NCBI GenBank assembly: GCA_012295275.1
Contig: CM022677.1
Location: 7,564,001-7,628,000 of the forward strand
Direction of reading: 5' to 3'
Source of the DNA: Chrysomallon squamiferum
Taxonomy: Eukaryota > Animalia > Mollusca
Length of the DNA: 64,000 bases
Position 1 is the stretch's first letter. Every line of letters starts with the position of its first letter. A model generated the notes under the pieces. That model saw only the letters and a list, made by a program, of their open reading frames with translations. It was not told the DNA's origin and did not search any database. The position numbers were made by a program, and so were the translations under genes. Shown piece after piece: positions 54,459 through 64,000 of this stretch.

Positions 54459-54819
54459 GAAATTGGACTAGTAGTACACATATATGATACGTATTCGTCC
54501 TCTTCAGTTTCCAATTCCTCTCGTTCTTCAGAGAAACGTTATTATCTACTGCTGTATCTTTTGAATTCACAAAATCAGTGAATTGGTCCAAAGCGTCCTT
54601 TATTTGAGTTTTAGTATAGCTAGCAATGCCTTCTACAGAAGATTCAACTATACTTTGTCTGATAGCAGTCGCTTGAGGTAGATATACACTGTCACCTCCG
54701 ACAATTTCGGCTATAGCTGGAGCGGTAGAATCTATAATAGCTGATGTAGCAAGTTCCACTGATGTATCAAACGCAAATTCAATGATTTCAGTAGCAATTA
54801 TACCCAAAGCTGTGAACAT
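54455..54819 (-). CDS. Small viral ORF-X upstream of VP1 (~120 aa; probable frameshift near 54535)
   Basis: ATG-initiated, with a homologue in copy 2. The shifted frame gives an acidic tail EEREELETEEDEYVSYMCTTSPIS* whose TGA overlaps the VP1 ATG (ATGA). An initiator-like TCAGTT lies at 54831-54836. Confidence 0.6.
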
Positions 54820-54857
54820 CCTAATTCAACAACTGATAATAATCAAATGAACAATAT

Positions 54858-55195
54858 GCTGAGTGACTCTTTGGCGTAATGGTCGGCAAGTTCGTTGCCG
54901 ATGATGCTGACATGTGCTGGGAGCCACTTGATGATTAGATGTTTGTTGTTGTGTTGTATGTCCTCGTGTAGCTGTTGTATTCTGCTGAGTAGGTCTGGTC
55001 TGCTGCAATTCGGCCGTGCATGCTGAAAGGTGATTTGTGATACGGCCGAACTGTATGCATGTGGGTTTGTTTGTGTGATCTTGGGCTATGAAGGCGAATC
55101 CTACTCTCCTGTTGTCTGGGTTTTTGGATGTACGTGTGTTGTTTATAGTGGTTGTTTGCTGCTGCTAGAAATATGGCTTTTTTTAACAGATTATG
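54858..55195 (-). mobile_element. RNase H domain fragment of a non-LTR retrotransposon
   Basis: Manual translation gives HYKQHTYI / SKNPDNRRVGFAFIA...RITNHLSACTAEL / DLLSRIQQLHEDIQHNNKHLIIKWLPAHVSIIGNELADHYAKESL. WxPxHxxIxGNExADxxAK is the RNase HI C-terminal motif. The YTDG and xDS segments are deleted. Confidence 0.85.
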
Positions 55196-55439
55196 TTGTT
55201 GTTATTTTTTATAATTAATACATTTTTACTATTTTCACTCTTTGTTTTTTACCTGGACATCTCCTCACACACAGGGACCCTAATATGAACTTGGCTTTTG
55301 GAATAAGCACCATTTTATCAAGGTCATGGTCATGTGTATACTGCTGGGGACAGCAGGACTCGCAGGTACCTTCATTGAGGAAACGACAAGACAGAAAAAA
55401 AAAAAAAAAAAAAAAAAAAAATCCTGTATGTCAAGGTAC

Positions 55440-55443
<4 letters not shown>

Positions 55444-55519
<76 letters not shown>

Positions 55520-55579
55520 TAAATATTACTATTAATAAATTTGGGTATCAAATGCACACACACACACATATCAATCCAG

Positions 55580-55644
<65 letters not shown>

Positions 55645-55660
55645 TTACTACTAATAATAA
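55444..55660. repeat. Compound microsatellite (AT)n-(AAT)n-(CA)n-(CTA)n
   Basis: Consecutive simple repeats. Confidence 0.95.
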
Positions 55661-56575
55661 TAGAGATAATAATAATTTTGTGTAGCAGTATTAGTAGCAG
55701 TAGCTGTAATAACAATAATAGTAGTATTACTACTACTACTAATTATAATAATAATTATAATAACAGTGGTTCACCAGCTTTTCTGAAATGGATGGTGGGA
55801 ATCGGTGTAACTGGTGAAAGTTAAACAAAGGGAGGTTACTGAAAATGTTCAGGGTACAAGAATTTTGAACAATGTTCAGATTACTTGTTTGTCAAAAATA
55901 CTATAAATAATGTGCAAATTTCCACTTTGTTAGACACAGGCATAGAGGAGGTGAAATTACAAGGTGTGTTATAGTTTTTGTTTCACCGTGATGATAAAAT
56001 GAAGGTGACTGTTTTTCAGTGAGATCTGACCAACAAGATAAGTTTTTGTCTCAGTAAGTATTAGGATTTTCCTGTTCTGAGTAGAACTCAGTGAATGAAT
56101 GATCAAAATCTGTGACAGATGTTTTACTGTCTATGAGAAGGTGTTTATAACATATTTTTTCTTGCTGACCAATGGAAGCAGTTATCTAACTGTTTGTTAT
56201 AACTGTCTTCATGACTGAGTGGATGTACATTGACAGACATCTGCAACAGACATTTAAGTATCTGATAACCCAAACAAAGCCTCATAACAATCATCATTAA
56301 AATAAATAACAATAAAAACCATCTCTAATTACATTATCTGATCTAGACCATCAAAACCAGAAATTATTCTGCCACCTAAACTGGGCCTCATTGTGATTAA
56401 AAAAACAAAACAAAAATGCAGTAATCAAACATACTTCCAACTACTAACTCACCACAGTTACTAGCAAGGACAACATTACTCCTTTATAAATAAAAAAAAT
56501 AAATAAATAAATAAATAAATAAAACAAGAACAGAACTTAAAGGAGTAAGAAATAATAATAAATAAACAACAACAA

Positions 56576-56652
<77 letters not shown>

Positions 56653-57437
56653 TTATGAAAAATGTATTAACATTAAACTGATTTTAAAATTCATTCAGTC
56701 TTAGTCGTTGTTTTCTGCTCAGTACTTAATTGTTTTTATTTTTATTACTAATACTTTAGTAAACTTTAAATGAAATGAAGTAAACTGAAACTACTTTTAT
56801 AAATTACTTTGTTGTTTTTTAACTATTTAGTGTAAACATTAAATATGAAATAAAAGCAAATTTTAAAACCATTTTGTTATTTCTTTTTACTATTTTCTGT
56901 AAACAATTTATTATTAAATGAAATAAAATAATGTAAAGTTAATGCATGTTTTGATATTTTCTGTAAACAATTAATTGTTATATGAAATAAAATGATTTTT
57001 GAAATTATTGTTTTTTTTACTATTTTTCTATTAAATGAAATAAATATGGTTTTTGAAATTAGTGTGTTAACAACTACTAAATGAAGTAATTTTAAAAACT
57101 AAAATTTACCACTTTCTGTAACCATTAATCAAAATAAAACTGATTTTAAAACCACAATGTGCTTGTTTTCTTTACGGATAATTTATTTCTAACATTACTA
57201 ACATTTATATATATATATGATGGAGGAGGGTATACAGATCTGTTGAATATTTTTGAGGGGTGTGTTAATTCTCTAGGGACAGGGAAGTGATGGGTAAGAT
57301 CAAAGTAAAACAGTAGATAAGTGCTGGTGTAGGTGGACATTTTTTAAAAATAAAAATTGGATTTGGGCATCATGGTTATTTTCAGTGACTTGTTTATGTA
57401 GAATGATTCTTGGTGACTGTGTATTTGAGTGTGTGTA

Positions 57438-57498
<61 letters not shown>

Positions 57499-57950
57499 CA
57501 GAGAGAGAGTTTGGTATACCTATTTGCCTTAGAGGATACGTTGTTAAGTTGATATCACGGAGATGGTGTTTACATATGTAGTTAAATAATAAGCCGATAG
57601 ATTTGATAGGCAAATGAACTTGTAAGAAAATGCTTGTACATGCATTATAATATAATACCACATTAACCTCGCTTTTCACATATTTTCTTTTATTGGTCAC
57701 ATTAATTACTCAGTTCAGTGTTGGCTTTTTTTATTTCTCTACCTCTCTGTCTGTCTGTCCGTCTACCTATCTACCTCTCAGATTGTAGAGATGTGCACAG
57801 TGGTTGCTGTAATTACAACTTCAGTAATTTAGTTATAAACACTGTAGAAAACATTGATAATAAAGCAGCAATGATATAGTATGTCACAAAGTTTTCTTGT
57901 TCAGGTAAAGTGTAACTCCGTTTTCACCATTCTTCTCACGTTTTCAAATA

Positions 57951-58015
<65 letters not shown>

Positions 58016-59362
58016 CAATAAACATTAAGCTTATCCAGCAGAGTAGTTCATATTCACTTCAACATCTTCACCTGTTCCTGTATAGTTTATTTTATTTATA
58101 AAAAAGGATTCAAAATTGTGTCCGCCTTAGAAACTTGTTTTACATCGTATAGTGTGTAAAACTAATGACGTAATCGATACTCGAGTGACAAGTTGCGTTT
58201 GCTACAAATACGTTTTACTCTACATTTACTACTGAAAAAATGACAATTTTAAATAAGAACTATTCACTTGTTTATATTATACAAAACGAAAGCAGATATC
58301 ACACGAAGAAACCCAGAGTGATCGTGACTGTTCGAGATTTATAGTGTAAATGTCAATGCTTTTACTCAAGAGACAAATCGAAAAAGAAATAAAATAACAA
58401 ATAAATGTTATAAACGAAATAGGAATTTTTCAATAATTAATTAAGTAATAATAATAAATCAAATAAAGCAACAAATAATGAAAACTGGCTCTTTATCAAC
58501 TGTTGAATTTAATATTAACTATTAGAATATTTTACTAAAACATTTAGAGAATTAGCCAATTTCATCTAAATGTAGTAAACCGAATTTAGCTTGACATTGC
58601 ATATGCATTAATGGTCTAAGGGAAATAACTCTGTATTTATATAATGATTATGTCAGATTATCTTTTGCTGGTTGACAGACAACAAAAACAGATTTTGATC
58701 AATATATACACATAAAAAAAAAAACACGCACAAAGACTATCTTTTTGTTGTTGTTGTTTGTTTGTTTTAAATTATATGAATTATAACAATTTCAGCATGA
58801 TTTTCCATTTATTGTTTTTAGATAAAATCCAATGGGTTTGATTTTGCAGATGTCAGGATTTAAAACAGTTGAGAAAAAAAAAAAAAAATGGTACTAAAAA
58901 TATGGTTCTGGGAAAGAATGCAACAGGAAAGACAGAAATGGAAAAAAGTAACAGGAAAAAAAAAATAAAGAAACGGAAAGAAAGAAACATTACATTTTTT
59001 TACTAAAATTCCTATTTTAAATATGTTAAAGGTATTACAAATTATTGTTTTGCCAAACAATGTTTTTAATGCTTCTTAAATACTCATCATAAATATGCAG
59101 CTCTTTCACCCATTAATTATCATTCCCCAATTGATAATCCATATGTTTCACCATAAATACTATGTCAATCTATATCTCTGCATCTCTCTAACATAAGTCA
59201 GTTTCCCAATTAAGTTGCCCAATTGAGTTTTAATTGTCATTGAGTCCTTGACCTATCCAATGGGTTCTTTAAATGTCTCAATTATCATTTTCTTGAAGAA
59301 ACCATTTAAGAAGCCATTCTCTAATTGAACCATTCAAAGGGTAATCCCTTCTCTTTATGTCC

Positions 59363-59450
59363 TCAGATCTATCCCTTTATCTTATCTTCAGATCTATCCC
59401 TTTATCTTATCTTCAGATCTATCCCTTTATCTTATCTTCAGATCTATCCC
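59363..59450. repeat. 25-bp tandem repeat, 3.5 copies
   Basis: tcagatctatccctttatcttatct at 59363, 59388, 59413 and partially at 59438. Confidence 0.9.
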
Positions 59451-59586
59451 ATTATATGGCTTCCCAGATGGCTTCCCACTTAATTACTCATGATATGAAT
59501 ATAAAAGCTGTGAGGGAGCACCATTCCTGAGACTCATTAGTGCCATCGTTAGAATACATATCACAAACATATCAATAAAATTACTA

Positions 59587-60405
59587 TGGAGTCAGAAAGG
59601 AGGATCAAAAATGTGTTATCATGGCCACATCTATACCAAGTTAGCTACTAGGAAGAACAAGATTTGGTGGAAGTTCTCCAAGAAAGTCAGTCTTGGTATG
59701 TATAAGGGTGCATATACTGTAGATGATTTTATTTATATTTTAAATTTCTGAAATGCAATGATGTGTTAATAAATGCGATTTAATTGGATGGGCGGGAAAA
59801 TCTTGTATATTTCTTCAGATCACAGTAAAATATTATAGGATTGTTCTAAGGTTTGAATATCAATATTTCCGAATGACTTCATATTCTGGTATTAATTAGT
59901 GTGTTATATTATGTCTTTGTAGGTTGTGTGGCTACACTCAGCACTACGGCAGATATGACTGAACCAGGTCGTTCATGCACCTGATGACACCGAGATCTCA
60001 TACACCAAGTGTCGCAGTTCCATGCGTGACCACGCTGCCAACTCACTGGAAAAGTCATCACAGATCTTCACTCAAGTCACAGCCGAGATCGGACCAAATG
60101 TGCAGGCATGCCTACAAATCGAGGAGAACACTAAGCGCAGATTACGCAAGCAACACAAGACTCCTCCAGTACCACAGCACCTCTCTGAGTTCATAGCTTC
60201 CAGATGAGTGGCAGAAGACCGTTGGCCCTTACCCAGAGCCATTCCTACTCTACGATACTGGACCAGAGGCTGTTAGCAGGGTCATCGCCTTTAGTACAGA
60301 ACTGGGACTCAGGCGCCTGGCCACTGCGACTGCCAGCTTCATGGATGGCAACTTCTCCATGGCTCCAGCTCAGTTCTCCCAGGTTTATGTGCTTACGGTC
60401 GTGGT
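59587..60405 (+). mobile_element. Spliced FLYWCH-MULE (Mutator-like) transposase remnant; intron 59696-59922
   Basis: Exon 1 reads SQKGGSKMCYHGHIYTK...KIWWK and ends at g|gtatgt. After tttgtag| exon 2 reads GCVATLST..HAPD, then FLLYDTGPEAVSRVIAFSTELGLRRLA..FMDGNFSMAPAQFSQVYVL (MULE DGTF-type first Asp motif). Frameshifted and 3'-truncated. Confidence 0.85.
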
Positions 60406-60406
60406 G

Positions 60407-60615
60407 TAATCCTAACTCTAATTCTAACACTAATCCTAACCCTAACCCTAGCTCAACTTCTAAATATAATCCTACCCAAGGCCACAACTTTGATTCTTAC
60501 GTTAACGCTGCTGTTAATGACCGTAAAATTATTTTGCACATTATCGTATCATTGATAATAAAATTTAAATAACCCTCATCCTAACCATAACCTACATTAA
60601 ACGTAACCCTAACGA
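60407..60615. repeat. Degenerate telomere-like (CCCTAA)n tract
   Basis: taatcctaactctaattctaacactaatcctaaccctaaccctagc...cctaaccataacc...taaccctaac. Confidence 0.6.
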
Positions 60616-61958
60616 AAGAACTGAACTTAATTCTGATGCTAACACCATTTCTAACTGTGCTCTCAGCTTGAACTTACGGTGGCCTTCAAATGTATGGCCA
60701 TAATGTCTAAATATCTCATCTTATTTTCCAAGCGTTCGATTATATGATTTTTTTATTTTATTTTATTATCATTTTTTATTCTGTCTCCCGTTCCTTTATT
60801 GTTTCGTTCTTTTCATTCAAATTATGTTTGTTTTTTTGTTTTAATTCTGTCATAGTTCATAATTTCTATAATAGTTGTACTTTCTTTTACATTTTCTTTT
60901 GCATGTTTACTCGTTTATTCCTTTCATTCTCTCATCCGTGTTCCACATCCCGCATTGTAATATTACTCTGTAGGGGAAGTGTACATATACTGATCCTGTG
61001 ACAGTTCTCAGATTCTGATTGTTTGAAAGGTGTTTAGCCACAACTGTGTGATACGTCGATCGACATCGTGATTGTTGTGATGTTAAAATCGGAAATCAGC
61101 TGACTGAAAAAAAAAAAAAAAAAAAAGATAAATCTTATTTCAGCCATGTAAATTTATTTTTTTAATTTTTTTTTTTTTTTTTTTTTTTTTTTTGTGTAGT
61201 GGTATATAGATGCATATGTAGGATATATTATATATTTATAGGTTAGGACAAGTCTCTGCATATGGGGATCGAGGAAGTTCGCATTTGGAAAAATTAAAGA
61301 ATATTTGTAATGAAAAAATGTTCCTTTCGGTTCTGTTTCTTGGTAATTTGGTTCATAGAAATGGGTCAACCACCGTATTAGGCCTCAGGTTAGACTAGTC
61401 TCGATAAACCACGATTTTTTGAACATATACAGAGATTCAAAATGTAGAAAAAAATAAATTTTTTGCTTTTAATTTGGTAACATTTTACTGTTGATTATTC
61501 AGTTTAATAGAATTTTTGAAATATATCATGCAAATCCAAAATCAAAATTCGGATGTTTTATTTTGCGGAATCTTTTTTTTTTCTTCATCTTCTTTTTATT
61601 ATTATTATTACTTTTATTACGACTTTATTATTATTAGTAGTATTATTTTTAAAATCATTATTACTATTTTTCATTTTTCTTCTTCATACCATTATTAACA
61701 TTTATTTATTTTTGATGTTTATTACTACCAAATTAAATTCATCGCCTACTTGATTTTGTTGAAAGCATTTGGAGAAAATGCTTTTAAAGAACATTTTTTG
61801 TATGAAAAATGATAAAAGTGAAATAAAAATTTCATAAATTTAAAATATTTCAAGATATATATTCAAAATTATTGAAAAAAGTTATTATGTGTATTGTCAT
61901 TTTGTTAAAATTAACCTAAAGTTAATAAACTTTATATAAAACTTACAATTATGCATAT

Positions 61959-62001
<43 letters not shown>

Positions 62002-62854
62002 CACTAGATTGATATACTGAAAGTTACAGAAAAATTTCTGCAACCTGTGGTGTGTGAAATTTGTGTTTGTCTGTTGAGCTTGTTATTGTTAGTGATAAAC
62101 ACAGCTAATCAGTTGTTTTGTCAAGACTAAAGTTTACTTAGTTGCCTTAAATCTTTACCTAGAGATAATGATTACTTTACTGCAAACTCAATTATTATTA
62201 ATATTTTCATTATAATACTTTACTTGGTGCCATGGGGATTCCCCTAAGTTGTAAATGTGTATCTGTCTCAGGCAGGTACAACCCTAGTTGACTTGCTCTT
62301 CTGGTCAGTATGGGATCTATGTATGCAGTATATTATAAATACCGTAACACTAGAACAGAACAAACACAAGCACTTTTGAAAACAGTATTCACATAACATT
62401 GAACATTCAACAGTAAAGATGAATGGAAATATTGTCATCTGTCACATCAATCACATACGGGTTAATACAATGAAACCAGCAAACATATAAATAACTAGTT
62501 ACCAGGTGTGTTTAAGGGACAGTGATGGTTCCACAATTCTCTCCTAACAAAAAAAATATCCAGGCTTTTATAAGAAAAAAAGGGACTTGTTTAATTTGGC
62601 AGTGAACTTTGCCACTAGACGTGTGTTGCCAGATCATTCTTTAAAACAAGAACCTGTAACACTGAGGCATTTTGTTGATTCGGCAGACAGAATCAACAGT
62701 CAGGATACATGACTTTTACAGGTGGAAAATTCTTCCCTCACACTTGGTAACATTATTTATTAAAGGGACAAGCTAGGTGAAAACCAAATCCATTATCTTT
62801 TATGTTATAGAATTGAAAAATGTGATTATTTTTGTGGTAAATTTCTATATGTTA

Positions 62855-63216
62855 AAACAAAAGAAGAAAAAGCATCATATTTTATGAATATTTTAAAATG
62901 TTTAACTTTCCTGTTACCAGATGGAACTGTCAGCTTTCACACAGTGTCACTGTTCCTGTGATGACAGACACACTAAAATACACTGGAGATGGATGTACTG
63001 TAGCTGTTGTCTATAGTTTCTATTGTCTGCAGTGTCTCAGTTTTCATGGTTTGTTTAGTAGCACAATTTTTGTAAATAAAATAATATATCAGATGGTAAC
63101 TTTAAAATTTAGCATTAAATTTATGAATGTTAATAGTGACAGATTTGTTGTTTTTAAATTTTATGTTTCATAATGGACAAATTCGTATTTTATTATTAGG
63201 TCAGGCTTTTTGTTAG

Positions 63217-63267
<51 letters not shown>

Positions 63268-63350
63268 GTTATTAAATATGTATTGCCTCATTGTTATTTA
63301 TTTATTTTTCAGATATGTTTGAAAGATGGGTTAGGAACAGCTAATTCTTT
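62855..63350. repeat. Dispersed inverted copy of the 10.56-11.46 kb unit
   Basis: ORF 62898..63173(+) matches ORF 10827..11018(-). It has (CT)n in place of (GA)n and shares aacagctaattct. Confidence 0.85.
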
Positions 63351-64000
63351 ATGTAATCTACACCTCATCAAAACATTCTGTGAACAGAATCTTACCATCT
63401 ACTTTTTCCACTTGATAAAACTGACATCTTCTGAATGGTCAGGAAACAGAAAATAAGTTTTGTGAGAATTTTTAGTTATGGTTCAGGATTTTATGTTAAA
63501 AAAATGTACATTGCAAGCCAAAAATTGTATTATATCTTTTATTATATGAATTTATGAAATTTGTAATTGTACTGGAAAAATGTATCAGTTTTAGTGTACA
63601 GACTGATGAATGCTTTTACCTATGTAAATATATTTTTATTATTTAAAATGGAAGCTTTCAGGTTTTTTGAAGATCCTTACATAATGTCAGTATTTCAGAA
63701 GCTCTCAATAAAGAAAGTTAATTTTAAATGAGTGCTCCTCAGTTAAATTTTATGAAGATTTATTTCATCAGACAGCTTACATTGCAGGGTTTATTATTAT
63801 TTTTATTAATGTTAATTCAGCATCTCGCTATGGTAATGGAGGTCAAATGTCACGAAAACCAAGTACACATTAGCTTTCACAAAACTGAGTCGAGATCCAG
63901 AACTAAACAAATCAAACTCTACTCCGAGAGTATTCACTTAATCAAAGTGGTTAGAGTGCATGATAACTTAGAATACTTCATTATTTCCATATTTCCATTA

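Larger units (their letters stand above)
46735..54845 (-). mobile_element. Endogenous parvovirus/densovirus-like element (composite, with hairpin termini)
   Basis: NS1 with HUH and SF3 motifs, two homologous capsid-like genes, and ~200-nt palindromic hairpins with GAA/TTC mini-loops. Confidence 0.9.

Noticed and set aside
55204-55212. TATAAAAA as the viral VP promoter
   Set aside because: It is separated from ORF-X by the RNase H fragment, so it is not viral; the context is AT-rich.
46700-55300. Target-site duplication around the viral element
   Set aside because: No convincing direct repeat found at the two outer boundaries.

Overview
AT-rich, microsatellite-laden eukaryotic (invertebrate-like) scaffold with one 200-N gap. 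I cannot support any intact host gene. Positions 1-35.8 kb are alternating inverted segmental duplications. Arm 1-4.2 kb mirrors 4.8-9.3 kb, and a larger foldback mirrors ~4.6-20.4 kb onto ~22.4-35.8 kb. This foldback carries a degraded hAT-like transposase that is long in one arm and internally deleted in the other. Next come a ~77-bp minisatellite and a Ty3/Gypsy pol remnant. The main feature (~46.7-54.85 kb) is an endogenous parvovirus/densovirus-like element. It has a disrupted NS1 (HUH + SF3 helicase), two clearly divergent capsid genes without PLA2, and a small upstream ORF coupled to VP1 by stop/start overlaps. It also has two related types of ~200-nt hairpin telomere, with type-B inverted termini enclosing a ~5.2-kb cassette in the unusual monosense order VP then NS. 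Its 5' end abuts an RNase H fragment of a non-LTR retrotransposon. A spliced FLYWCH-MULE transposase remnant lies at 59.6-60.4 kb. Family assignments rest on motifs read by eye; no database search was run.
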